A stretch of 64,000 nt of DNA, taken from assembly GCA_963775895.1 (NCBI GenBank), contig CAVZKL010000009.1, forward strand, positions 1 through 64,000. Direction: 5' to 3'. The notes beneath the pieces were generated by a model, which ran no database searches, was not told the origin of the DNA, and saw nothing but the letters and a program-made list of their open reading frames with translations. How positions within the stretch are numbered: position 1 is the first letter of the stretch; every line of letters starts with the position of its first letter. Of the stretch, positions 27,171 through 38,158 are shown in pieces. The stretch is from Candidatus Bathyarchaeota archaeon (GTDB lineage Archaea > Thermoproteota > Bathyarchaeia > Bathyarchaeales > Bathycorpusculaceae). Position numbers and translations under genes: made by a program.

Positions 27171-28013
27171 ATGACGAAGTACAAGTTTCTGCCGGTGACC
27201 ACAGAATATTGGAAACCTGGACAAAACTACCTACGAATAATAGTCAGAAGCATAGACGGGAAAGTCGCCGACAACGACCTCATCGTCGTTTCAGACAAAG
27301 CAATTTCAACCGCGCTGAACAGCATAGTGGATGAAAGCCGAGTCAAACCAACCTTGAGTGCAAGATTCATAGCCGCGTTCTGGATGCGCACGGCCTGGGG
27401 TTATTTCTTAGGCCCCGTTTGCCATCTTCGAACAAGTCTGCTGAAAAGGCTGAGAGAATACCCTCGTGAGAAAGGAAGCCAACACAAACAGGTTGCCCTT
27501 CGACACGCAGGTTTGCTTCAAGCATTGATGTTCGGGTCGGAAGGCGGCATCGACGGAAGCAACCTGCCATACGCCTACGTGAGTATTCCTCTGAAAAATG
27601 CCGGTTGGATAGCCTCAATGATACGCAGACAAGTACAACTTGACCTTGGGAAGAGAGTTTCAGTGATGATAGCAGACACAGACAAAACCTATTCTTTAAA
27701 CAAATTCCACTTCACGCCACGTCCGAGACCGATCAGGGGCATTCATTCATTTGGAGGATTTCTTTCCTATGCTTCTGGACGTTTCTTCAAACTCGAGAAG
27801 AGATCGACACCGTTGGCAGTTTCTGGAAATAGACTGTCTATGGATGAAGCGTTGCACCTTGCCGAAATGGCCAATCGCTCCCGAGGATTTGGAGCCGGAA
27901 GAACGGTATGGGAAATGGCCGATAACTTCCAAGTAGGGCTCGCTGACGTAAGTTGGCAAATGCTTGAGAGAGTAAAACATAAACCCATAGTTATTGTAAG
28001 AAGAAAGCAGTGA
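27171..28013 (+). CDS. CofE-like gamma-glutamyl ligase paralogue
   Basis: IVVSDKAIS, EGGIDGSNLP, VMIADTD; divergent from the canonical cofE. Confidence 0.75.
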   Translation: MTKYKFLPVTTEYWKPGQNYLRIIVRSIDGKVADNDLIVVSDKAISTALNSIVDESRVKPTLSARFIAAFWMRTAWGYFLGPVCHLRTSLLKRLREYPREKGSQHKQVALRHAGLLQALMFGSEGGIDGSNLPYAYVSIPLKNAGWIASMIRRQVQLDLGKRVSVMIADTDKTYSLNKFHFTPRPRPIRGIHSFGGFLSYASGRFFKLEKRSTPLAVSGNRLSMDEALHLAEMANRSRGFGAGRTVWEMADNFQVGLADVSWQMLERVKHKPIVIVRRKQ

Positions 28014-29530
28014 AAACGCCCATGGAAGAAACGACGAAGGTCCTCGACGCTTTTTTCAACCCTTCATCAGTCGCGATCGTTGGAGCCACAAAAAGAACCG
28101 AAAAAGCAGGACAAATAATATTCAAGAACTTTCTTGAGAACCAACGAAGGCAGGTTTTCAAGGGACAGATATACCCTGTCAATCCAAACGAAAAATCAAT
28201 CTTAGGTGTAAAATGTTATCCTGCCTTGACGAAGATCCCGGGGGAAGTTGAGCTAGTAGTCATAGTTGTTCCAGCAAACGTGGTACTCCAGATTATGAAA
28301 GACGCGGCTGCCAAAAAGGTGAAGGTCGCTGTAATAATCACCGCTGGATTCGGAGAAGTTGGAAACCACGAGCTTGAAAATCAAGTCAAGACCATAGCCA
28401 AAGAAGCGGGAATACGAGTCTTGGGACCAAACTGTCTCGGAGTCTACGATTCCAGAACAGGCGTCGACATGCTGTTTTTGCCCGAGACGAAAGTCCTAAC
28501 CACAGGAGACGAAGTCGTTGCGACCCCACGCCCAATGCCCGGAAACATATCCATCGTCACGCAGAGCGGGGCTTTCGGAATCGCAGCGCTCGACTACCTC
28601 ACTGGTCTGCACACAGGAGTGAGCAAGTTTGTCAGTTTTGGCAACAAGATCGACGTGGACGAGGCAGAAATGCTCAGTTACTTGTACCACGACAGGGAAA
28701 CAAAGGTAATACTGCTCTACGTCGAAGACATAAAATCGGGAAGAAAGTTCCTTGAAGCAGCTGAAGAAATCACCGCCAAAAAACCCGTGGTGGCCCTAAA
28801 ATCCGGCAGAACAGAGGCAGGTGCACGTGCCGCCGCTTCACATACAGGAGCCATAGCCGGCTCAGACAAGATTTACGACGCCGCCTTCAAGCAAACGGGA
28901 ATCCTGAGAGCAAATGACATGGACGATTTCTTCCACTCTGGAAAAGCGTTGTCGATGCAGATACCCGCCCGAGGAACAAATGTCGGCATAATCACCGACG
29001 CAGGAGGCCCCGGAATAATGGCGGTTGACGAGTGTGGGGTGAAAGGACTAACAGTCAAACGCTTTTCCGAAGAAACAATCGAGAAGTTCGAAAAGTTGAA
29101 GATCGAAGGCAGACTTCCGAAGTTTGCAACAAACTCGAACCCGGTGGACATCACTGGTTCAGGAACCTCAGAGATGTTCGAACTCGCAACAGAGATTCTG
29201 TTCCAAGACCAAGAGATTCACGGAATAATATTTCTTGGCTTACACCAGATGCCGTCCTTGCAAGAGGACTTCGTCGACAGGGTCGTGAAAGTAGCCAACA
29301 AATACGAGAAACCAATAGTTGCGTGCGACATCGGCGAGACAGAAATGGCGCTGAGCATTCGCCTCAGGTTCGACAGATTCGGCGTCCCAGCTTTTTCATC
29401 ACCCGAGGACACCGCAAGAGCAATGAGTGCGCTGGCGAGATACGGCGTTTACCTTGAGAAGAAAGGAAAGCTTGACGAGTACATCAGAGAATTCATGGAG
29501 AAAAAGCGGGGAAAACCTGCCAAGACATAA
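28010..29530 (+). CDS. acdA: Acetate/acyl-CoA ligase (ADP-forming) alpha subunit
   Basis: FNPSSVAIVGA, LGPNCLG, QSGA, AAASHTGA, NPVD. Confidence 0.93.
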   Translation: MKTPMEETTKVLDAFFNPSSVAIVGATKRTEKAGQIIFKNFLENQRRQVFKGQIYPVNPNEKSILGVKCYPALTKIPGEVELVVIVVPANVVLQIMKDAAAKKVKVAVIITAGFGEVGNHELENQVKTIAKEAGIRVLGPNCLGVYDSRTGVDMLFLPETKVLTTGDEVVATPRPMPGNISIVTQSGAFGIAALDYLTGLHTGVSKFVSFGNKIDVDEAEMLSYLYHDRETKVILLYVEDIKSGRKFLEAAEEITAKKPVVALKSGRTEAGARAAASHTGAIAGSDKIYDAAFKQTGILRANDMDDFFHSGKALSMQIPARGTNVGIITDAGGPGIMAVDECGVKGLTVKRFSEETIEKFEKLKIEGRLPKFATNSNPVDITGSGTSEMFELATEILFQDQEIHGIIFLGLHQMPSLQEDFVDRVVKVANKYEKPIVACDIGETEMALSIRLRFDRFGVPAFSSPEDTARAMSALARYGVYLEKKGKLDEYIREFMEKKRGKPAKT

Positions 29531-29619
29531 ACATGAATTAACGTGCACCCGTTTCGACCTTGCTTCACCCGTACGGAGGGGTTAGGCACCAAAAATGGAA
29601 GCCGAAGGGAAATAACCGT

Positions 29620-29988
29620 TCACTTCTGCTCTTTCAACCAAGCCGCAACTTTCTTGAAGAGTGCATTTGAATTCATGTCGACGATTGGAACGATCATCTT
29701 CTCCCGTGTTTCAATTATCGATAGATACTTGGGCATGAAGGAATAACCGAGAAAAGTCCAGTAAACCCGCCCCTTCTCCAAAAGCATTTTGGCAGTCGTT
29801 TCAGTCGACGCCGGAAGTGGGAAGTACAGAAAGACCACCCCTTCAGCCCAGTACAACCCAGCAGCCTTGCCGCCGGCGATTATCGAAGCAAACCTCGCAA
29901 TGTCGTCGGGTGTTGCGAAGTAATTACGGTCCATTATGACAACTTCTTTGAAGGGTTCATATCTCACGAGAATCTCGTCTCCGCTCAC
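29620..29988 (-). CDS. Hypothetical protein
   Basis: Clean 122-aa ORF (LYWAEGVVF, IVPIVD); no function recognised. Confidence 0.75.
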   Translation of the reverse strand: MSGDEILVRYEPFKEVVIMDRNYFATPDDIARFASIIAGGKAAGLYWAEGVVFLYFPLPASTETTAKMLLEKGRVYWTFLGYSFMPKYLSIIETREKMIVPIVDMNSNALFKKVAAWLKEQK

Positions 29989-30098
29989 GGTGCTCAGCCT
30001 CTTTTTCCCTCTGTCTAACTAGTTCAAGCTCCCTTTTAATTTTGCCATGATCCCAGAAAAAGTTATACAGCAGACGCTCTTTAAGGCTTAGACCAAGC

Positions 30099-31199
30099 AT
30101 GCTCAAAGGGGTAACCTTCAATTTGTCAGAAATTCATGTAGCGCTGGTTGGAGTGGGCAACTCAGCGTCTGCCCTCGTCCAAGGAGTACAATACTACAAG
30201 AATGCGAAAGAGGGCGCGGACGTGCCGGGGTTGATGCACGTCAAATTTGGCGCCTATCACATAAGTGATGTGAAGTTTGTAGCGGCTTTTGAAGTCAACA
30301 AAGACAAGATAGGAAAAGACCTGTCCGAAGCCATTTTCACAGCACCGAACTGTTGTGCCAAGTTCGCCAAGGTGCCCAACTTGGGGGTTAAGGTCACCGG
30401 CGGGCCGATTCTTGACGGCGTAGCGAGCCACATGAAACAAATCTTTAACGTTTATGAAAATGAGGTCAAGCCCGAACACGTTGTGGACGTATTGAAGAAC
30501 AGCAAAGCGGACATACTCCTAAATTACTTACCCGTTGGAAGCCACAATGCTGCGAGGTTCTACGCGCAAGCTGCTTTGGATGCTGGATGCGCTTTCATAA
30601 ATTGTATGCCAGAATTCATTGCGTCAGACGCAACGTGGAGCAAAAAGTTCGAGGACAAGAAACTTCCAATCGCGGGAGACGACATCAAGAGCCAACTTGG
30701 CGCAACCATTCTTCATCGAAACATCGCAAGACTCTGTGTGGATAGAGGTGTCATAATCGACGAGACATACCAGCTGAACCTCGGAGGAGACACAGACTTT
30801 TTGAACATGACCGTTGAGGAACGGTTGAAGACCAAGAGGATCAGCAAGACGGAGGCGGTAACAAGCATGGTGCCTTACGAGTTGCCCACGCGCATCGGAC
30901 CATCAGACTACGTGCCATTCTTGGGCAACAAGAAAATCTGCTATCTTTGGCTCAAGGCAAGAAAATTCGGAGACAGACCCTTGACGATATCCGTCAAACT
31001 TGAAGTAGAAGATTCTCCAAACAGTGCGGGCGTCGTCATCGACCTAATCAGAGCCGTGAAGATAGCCTTAGACCGCAAGATCGGCGGAGCATTGCTAAGC
31101 ATATCATCATACGCTTTCAAACACCCACCGATTCAAGTGCCCGACTCATCGGCCAAACAAGCAGTTGAAGACTACATCCAAGGAAAAAGAGAACGTTGA
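30099..31199 (+). CDS. ino1: myo-Inositol-1-phosphate synthase
   Basis: GVGNSAS, NYLPVGS, GDDIKSQLGAT, GGDTDF, EDSPNSAG; start may be TTG 30123. Confidence 0.95.
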   Translation: MLKGVTFNLSEIHVALVGVGNSASALVQGVQYYKNAKEGADVPGLMHVKFGAYHISDVKFVAAFEVNKDKIGKDLSEAIFTAPNCCAKFAKVPNLGVKVTGGPILDGVASHMKQIFNVYENEVKPEHVVDVLKNSKADILLNYLPVGSHNAARFYAQAALDAGCAFINCMPEFIASDATWSKKFEDKKLPIAGDDIKSQLGATILHRNIARLCVDRGVIIDETYQLNLGGDTDFLNMTVEERLKTKRISKTEAVTSMVPYELPTRIGPSDYVPFLGNKKICYLWLKARKFGDRPLTISVKLEVEDSPNSAGVVIDLIRAVKIALDRKIGGALLSISSYAFKHPPIQVPDSSAKQAVEDYIQGKRER

Positions 31200-31318
31200 C
31201 CATCACATATGCATGAACTCCATTTTGAATTCAAGTGTTCCGTTCTCAGGGAAAATAACAGTTAATCTTAAAGGCTGAGATGTGAAGAATAACTGCACTA
31301 ATCTAAAGGTGAACAAAC

Positions 31319-31729
31319 ATGGTCAAAGTAGAAGGATACGAAGTACCCGAAGGACTATACTACACTAAAGAATTCGAATGGGTGAAAATTGAAGGGGACA
31401 AAGTTCGCGTAGGCATAACAGACTACGCCCAAAAACAGCTGAGAGAAATAGTGTATGCGGAACTACCAAGCACTGGATCACAAACAAAACAAAATGAGCC
31501 TTATGGCACAGTCGAATCGGTCAAAGCAGTCTCAGACCTGGTGGCACCGATAAGTGGAACAATAGAAGAAGTGAACGCCGAAGTACAGTCAAAGCCTGAA
31601 CTGCTCAACGAGGATCCATATGCAAAAGGTTGGCTTCTCGTGGTGAAACCCTCAAACCTCAATGCAGAGCTAGCCAACATAATGGATTTCAACAAGGCAG
31701 TTGAATGGCACAAAACACAGAAGAAATGA
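31319..31729 (+). CDS. gcvH: Glycine cleavage system H protein
   Basis: VGITDYAQ, VESVKA lipoyl motif, NEDPY..GW. Confidence 0.95.
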   Translation: MVKVEGYEVPEGLYYTKEFEWVKIEGDKVRVGITDYAQKQLREIVYAELPSTGSQTKQNEPYGTVESVKAVSDLVAPISGTIEEVNAEVQSKPELLNEDPYAKGWLLVVKPSNLNAELANIMDFNKAVEWHKTQKK

Positions 31730-31739
31730 AGGCAACTGA

Positions 31740-33086
31740 ATGGGCAGACGCATAGTAATCATCGGAGCACACGCGGCAGGTGTTGACGCTGCATCGGCCG
31801 CCAGAAAAACCGACCGTCAAGCAGAAATCACCATAATAACCAAAGAGAAGAATCCTGGATACTCACGTTGCGGCTTGCCCTTTGTCATAGGGGGTCAGAT
31901 TCCAAGCTTCAAAGACCTGATAGTCTTCCCGCCCAGCTATTTCCAAATGATGAAGATCAACCTCAAAACTGAAACGGAAGTCACAGCTCTGGACACCGCA
32001 AAGAAAACCGTTGAAGCGGTTGGCAAAGATGGGCAGAAAGAGATTACACCTTACGATGCCCTCATAATTGCAACGGGCGCCAGTTCCTTTACGCCTCCAA
32101 TCAAGGGAAAAGAAAAGCAAGGAGTGTACTCTCTTCGAACTCTTGAAGACGGAGACAGAATCGATCAAGAAGTACGAAAAGGTGCAAAAACAGCAGTCGT
32201 GATGGGCGCAGGGCTGATAGGCCTTGAAACCGCGATAGCACTCCACGAAAGAGGATTAAAAGTAACGGTAGTAGAAATGCTGCCCCAAGTACTGCCCCTA
32301 CCGCTGGATCCAGAAATGGCCAAAATACTGCAAGACATGCTTGAGCAGAAGGGAATAAGAATACTCACCGGAAAATGCGTCGACGAATTCCTTGGAACCG
32401 ACAAGGTAACAGGCATAATGGCCGGCGGAGAAAAAATAGAAGCAGATCTGTTCGTGAGCGCCTTCGGAGTCAGATCAAACACTCAACTTGCAGTGAGCGC
32501 AGGCATAGCTCTAGGTGAAACCAAAGCTATCAAAACTAACGCGCGAATGGAGACAAGCGTCAAAGACGTCTACGCGATAGGCGACTGCGCCGAGACGTTT
32601 AACATAGTGACGCAGAAACCCACACTGCCACAACTGGGCACGGTGGCGGTGAGAACTGGAAAAGTCGCTGGAATCAACGCCGCAGGAGGATACTCAGTCT
32701 TCACGGGTGCACTGGGATCGGCGATCTCGAGACTTTTTGAAACTGACTGCGGTTGGACAGGACTGACGGAAACGGCTGCAAAGAAAAACAGCATCGAAAC
32801 AGTAACAGGTACAATTTCCTCAAAAACCAAAGCTGACTACTACCCAGGAGCCATGCCAATAAAGGTCAAGTTGGTGGCCGAAAAGGAATCACAGCGCATC
32901 ATCGGCGCTCAAATAATCGGCGGAGAAGAGGTCACCCAACGCATCAATGCGATATCACTCGCTATACAAAGAGGAATGACTGCAAGAGACTTGTCAAAAG
33001 CAGACACGGCTTATGCACCGCCCGTTTGCGAAACATGGGAACCGTTCGTGCTAGCAGCGGAAATGGTACTGATGAAGTTCCGCTGA
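31740..33086 (+). CDS. CoA-disulfide reductase / NADH oxidase family flavoprotein
   Basis: YSRCGLP redox Cys, ATGA, GAGLIGLE, YAIGDC, YAPP. Confidence 0.9.
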   Translation: MGRRIVIIGAHAAGVDAASAARKTDRQAEITIITKEKNPGYSRCGLPFVIGGQIPSFKDLIVFPPSYFQMMKINLKTETEVTALDTAKKTVEAVGKDGQKEITPYDALIIATGASSFTPPIKGKEKQGVYSLRTLEDGDRIDQEVRKGAKTAVVMGAGLIGLETAIALHERGLKVTVVEMLPQVLPLPLDPEMAKILQDMLEQKGIRILTGKCVDEFLGTDKVTGIMAGGEKIEADLFVSAFGVRSNTQLAVSAGIALGETKAIKTNARMETSVKDVYAIGDCAETFNIVTQKPTLPQLGTVAVRTGKVAGINAAGGYSVFTGALGSAISRLFETDCGWTGLTETAAKKNSIETVTGTISSKTKADYYPGAMPIKVKLVAEKESQRIIGAQIIGGEEVTQRINAISLAIQRGMTARDLSKADTAYAPPVCETWEPFVLAAEMVLMKFR

Positions 33087-33175
33087 ACTCAACCTCCTCT
33101 TTCTTTTGTACGCTTGCGGAAAATTAAATAACCTCCCTTCTTAGAATATTTCCGAACAAATAACGGTGAACATAA

Positions 33176-34189
<1,014 letters not shown>

Positions 34190-34261
34190 CAAAATCAAAA
34201 ACTCTATCCAAAATCTAAAATACCCTCCCTCATTTTTCCTCTTTACGAGGAGGACACCCAA

Positions 34262-35491
34262 ATGGCAAAATTCCTCACTTTAGATGATATCAAAGTCAAA
34301 GACAAAGTTGTTCTCGTCAGAGTCGACTTCAACTCCCCCATAGACCCAAAGACCCAAAAAATACTTGAAGACACAAGAATTCGCGCGCACGCTGAAACCA
34401 CGATTAAAGAACTCGCGGAAAAAGGCGCGAAAACGGTGATTCTCGCTCATCAAGGACGCAAAGGCGACCCTGACTTCATTCCGTTGAAACAGCACGCTGA
34501 AATATTGGGCAAAATACTGAAAAAACCAGTGAAATACGTTGACGACCTTTACGGAGAAAAAGCCAAAGCAGCGATAAAAACTCTCAGAAGCGGCGAAATC
34601 CTTGTTCTAGAAAACGTAAGAAACTTTCCACTCGAAACCAAAGATGGAACACCTGAAGACCAAGCGAAAACGGACCTTGTCAAGAATCTTGCGCCCCTCG
34701 CGGACTTTTTCGTCAATGACGCTTTTGCAGCTGCCCACAGAGCCCACGTATCCATGGTAGGTTTCACGCCCGTGTTACCAAGTGTAGCAGGACGTATAAT
34801 GGAAAGAGAACTCAAATCGCTGAACAAAGTGCTCGAAAACCCAAAGAAACCATGCGTCTTCATCTTTGGAGGAGCCAAGGCAGACGACTCTCTTGAAATT
34901 TCCAAGTACGTGCTAGACAAAGGAATCGCGACTCAAGTTCTCACCGGCGGAGTGATAGGACAGGTTTTCACCGTTGCAAAAGGCTATGACCTAGGCAAAG
35001 CAAACATGGAATTCCTAGAAAAGAATGACTCTATGAAACTCGTACCAGGCATAAAGGAACTCATGCAAAAGTACAAGGACAGCATCAAAACCCCCGAAGA
35101 TTTCGCCGTTGAAGAAGATGGAAAAAGAAAAGAAATCACAGCAAAAGAGTTGCCCACGAAATATCCGATGTTTGACATCGGAGCAAGAACAGTGAAGAGT
35201 TACGGGGAAATCATAAGCAAGGCAAAGTCCATAGTTATGAGTGGACCCATGGGAAAATATGAAGACAGCAAGTTCGCTTATGGAACAAGAGGCGTGTTAG
35301 AGAACGTCGCAAACTCCAAAGCATTTTCACTTGCTGGAGGCGGACACACGATAGCCGCTATAGAGCTTTTCAAATTGACTGACAAAATCTCTTACATAAG
35401 CACAGCCGGCGGAGCACTCATAGAGTTCCTCATGGGCAAAAAGTTACCAGGAGTCACCGCTCTAGAAAAAGCAGCATCAAAAAAACCCTAG
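34262..35491 (+). CDS. pgk: Phosphoglycerate kinase
   Basis: RVDFNSP, AHQGR, LENVR, NDAFAAAHR, GGGHT, STAGGA. Confidence 0.96.
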   Translation: MAKFLTLDDIKVKDKVVLVRVDFNSPIDPKTQKILEDTRIRAHAETTIKELAEKGAKTVILAHQGRKGDPDFIPLKQHAEILGKILKKPVKYVDDLYGEKAKAAIKTLRSGEILVLENVRNFPLETKDGTPEDQAKTDLVKNLAPLADFFVNDAFAAAHRAHVSMVGFTPVLPSVAGRIMERELKSLNKVLENPKKPCVFIFGGAKADDSLEISKYVLDKGIATQVLTGGVIGQVFTVAKGYDLGKANMEFLEKNDSMKLVPGIKELMQKYKDSIKTPEDFAVEEDGKRKEITAKELPTKYPMFDIGARTVKSYGEIISKAKSIVMSGPMGKYEDSKFAYGTRGVLENVANSKAFSLAGGGHTIAAIELFKLTDKISYISTAGGALIEFLMGKKLPGVTALEKAASKKP

Positions 35492-35652
35492 CCTCTAATT
35501 TTTCCTTCATCGTTTGTGAGCAGGTTTTCTCCAGATTGCCCAATCAACTGGAAAATCCATTGCATGTTATCTTCGATGACTAGTATCATCTGGTCGAAAT
35601 AGCAAGTCAAAAATAAAGAGCCCACAGATAATAAAGACACAGAGGACAAACA

Positions 35653-37200
35653 TTGACCGATGTAATGTTGATTTTCGAGGTTCATCAGCCTCACCGGATC
35701 AAAAAAGACTTCTTCTGGGAGAACAGAATCTTCCGGCACGTGAAAAAAGAAGAGTTCTTTGAGTATTACTTTGACAAAGAGGGAAACAAGGAGATCTTCG
35801 ACAGAGCAAGCAGAAAATGTTATTTCCCATCAAACAACATTCTGCTCGAACTGATTGACAGGTACAAGAACGATAAGAAAAAGGTCAAAGTGTCATTCAG
35901 CGTATCGGGCGTTTTTCTTGAACAATGTGAAATGTTTAACACTGACCTGTTGGAAACCTTCAAACAGCTCGCAGAAACTGGTTGTGTCGAGTTTCTGAGC
36001 CAAACCTACTTTCATTCACTTGCCAGTCTGTACCCTGAAAGAGACGAATTCATTGAACAAGTGAAGATGCATCAACAGGTAATGAAAGACTTGCTTGACT
36101 ATACTCCAACAGTGTTCGAGAATACTGAATTGCTTTACAATAACGCGGTGGCACGCACCGTGGAAAAGTTAGGATACAAGGGAATTTTCACAGAAGGCGT
36201 CGAAAGAATACTACAAGGAAAATCACCAAACTACCTGTACTCGCCCAAAGATTCCAAAAAGATCAAAGTGCTCCTCCGCAATTACAAGCTGACCGACGAC
36301 ATAGGGTTCAGATTCTCAGCAAGGTGGTGGAACGAATGGCCACTCACTGCCGACAAGTACGCAAACTGGCTTTCATCCACACCAGGTGAATGCATAACCA
36401 TCTTTCCCGACTACGAAACCTTCGGAGAACACCATTGGCCTGAAACCGGCATCCACGACTTCCTTCGACACTTACCGAGTGAGATATTGAAATGGTGGAA
36501 CCTTCACATGTCCACTCCGTCAGAAGTTGCCGACAAATACACTTCCTCTGGTGAACTTGACGTTCCAGAACTTGGCGGAACAGTTTCTTGGGCCGACCTG
36601 GAAAGAGACGCGAGCTGTTGGCTCGGAAACGCCATGCAATGGGCGTATTACACAAGCCTTCGACGACTAGAACCGCTTGTGAAGGAAACGGAAGATGAGC
36701 AGTTCCTGAAGACGTGGAGATACTTCCAAACCAGTGATCACCTGTACTACATGTTTACTTCCGGAGGAGGACCAGGTGAAGTTCATTCTTATTTCAGCCC
36801 GTTCGGAACACCAGCAGACGCTTTCGTCACTGCGCAGGCAGCCATATTGGACTTCGAAAACAGGGTGAGAGTTGCGGCCGTCGTCGCCGATGAACCTTTC
36901 CTCTTCTACACGGGAGCAGGTGAGAAATACTACACTGGAACAATGATCTGGGGGCTGAGGGCTTTTGCAAAAGCCATCGCAAAAATCAGTTCGAAGTCAC
37001 TCGAATTCCACATTAAGCGTGGAGACTTCGAGAAATGGGCCGAAAAATCATTACAAGACACCGCGCTAGCCAAGGAACTCGAGAAAACAGCCCTTACCAA
37101 ACTGAAAGGAGAAGAGCTAAGAAAAGCGTTAGTGAACCTTCTAAAGAGAAGACTGGATGGTCTGAACACCGAAATTCAATCAGCAACTCGGTATTTCTAG
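35653..37200 (+). CDS. GH57 alpha-amylase with a C-terminal DUF5752-like domain
   Basis: FEVHQP, NTEL, DYETFGEH, SWAD, TSDH; tail EPFLF...SLEFHIKRGDFEKW. Confidence 0.9.
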   Translation: MTDVMLIFEVHQPHRIKKDFFWENRIFRHVKKEEFFEYYFDKEGNKEIFDRASRKCYFPSNNILLELIDRYKNDKKKVKVSFSVSGVFLEQCEMFNTDLLETFKQLAETGCVEFLSQTYFHSLASLYPERDEFIEQVKMHQQVMKDLLDYTPTVFENTELLYNNAVARTVEKLGYKGIFTEGVERILQGKSPNYLYSPKDSKKIKVLLRNYKLTDDIGFRFSARWWNEWPLTADKYANWLSSTPGECITIFPDYETFGEHHWPETGIHDFLRHLPSEILKWWNLHMSTPSEVADKYTSSGELDVPELGGTVSWADLERDASCWLGNAMQWAYYTSLRRLEPLVKETEDEQFLKTWRYFQTSDHLYYMFTSGGGPGEVHSYFSPFGTPADAFVTAQAAILDFENRVRVAAVVADEPFLFYTGAGEKYYTGTMIWGLRAFAKAIAKISSKSLEFHIKRGDFEKWAEKSLQDTALAKELEKTALTKLKGEELRKALVNLLKRRLDGLNTEIQSATRYF

Positions 37201-37272
37201 ATCGCAGACACGCATTGTTTAATAACAAAAACTCAGAGAGTATGTCCCAGTAGTCAAATTGAAAGTGGGAAA

Positions 37273-37524
37273 ATGCGAGAAGAACTCCCTCTCTCAGAGA
37301 AAATCCTCCAAACACTGCACAACCTTTGTGCAACGGCTCCAGACCTTGCTAGAAGAAGCGAAGAACTCTCTCAAGTTATGGGTGTGAACCTTAATGAACT
37401 AGAAGGAATTCTCGATAATTTCAAGGCACAAGGGTTCGCGCAGAGTTTCACAGACAACGAAGGAAAAAAGCGCTACTACCTGACAGGAAGCGGAATAATA
37501 AAAGTCTGTGCACTTTTCACGTAG
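37273..37524 (+). CDS. Small winged-helix-like protein
   Basis: EELSQVMGVNLNELEGILD...YYLTGSG. Confidence 0.65.
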   Translation: MREELPLSEKILQTLHNLCATAPDLARRSEELSQVMGVNLNELEGILDNFKAQGFAQSFTDNEGKKRYYLTGSGIIKVCALFT

Positions 37525-37534
37525 GGAAAAGCTG

Positions 37535-38158
37535 ATGCAAGTAATAGTGTTCTCATGGGAATACCCACCGCGAATTGTCGGGGAACTTGCAGATTACGTG
37601 AAGAATCTTGCATCTCAGCTCGTGAAGTATCAAACTCAACCGTACGTGGTCACTTATCATGACTACATTTCAGGAGAAAATGACGGGCCCGACGGAGTCA
37701 AAGCCTTTTGGGTGACGAACCCGGTTCACACACACATAGGTGTGCTCACATGGGTCTTAACCTTAAATCAAGAAGTTGAGAGAGTCGCGGCAAACATCTA
37801 CTATGACACAAAGAAGCAAGTAGACCTCATAGACGTGCACGACTGGCATTTCATTCCTGCCGCAACTACGTTGAAAAAAGCTCTAGGAATCCCATTTGTG
37901 TATTCGGTGGAAAGTCTAGAGGACCACAGATCTCACTTCGTCAACACGCCGTTCAACATGGCCATAAAAAGTATCGAATGGCTTGGATCGTACGAGGCGC
38001 AAGAGCTCATCGTCAAATCAGCATGGATGCGCAACGAGATCACAAGGTTGTACCAGACTCCGCGAGAAAAAGTAAAGGTAATCCTGCCACAGTCGAATGA
38101 CTGGGTGAAGGAAATCCTCAAAGTCTACCAAAACGTGGCAGAAAAGGGAGCAGACTGA
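37535..38158 (+). CDS. GT4 glycosyltransferase N-terminal domain only
   Basis: SWEYPPRIVG, HDW; similar to the N half of the next gene and lacks the EPFG..LEA domain. Confidence 0.8.
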   Translation: MQVIVFSWEYPPRIVGELADYVKNLASQLVKYQTQPYVVTYHDYISGENDGPDGVKAFWVTNPVHTHIGVLTWVLTLNQEVERVAANIYYDTKKQVDLIDVHDWHFIPAATTLKKALGIPFVYSVESLEDHRSHFVNTPFNMAIKSIEWLGSYEAQELIVKSAWMRNEITRLYQTPREKVKVILPQSNDWVKEILKVYQNVAEKGAD

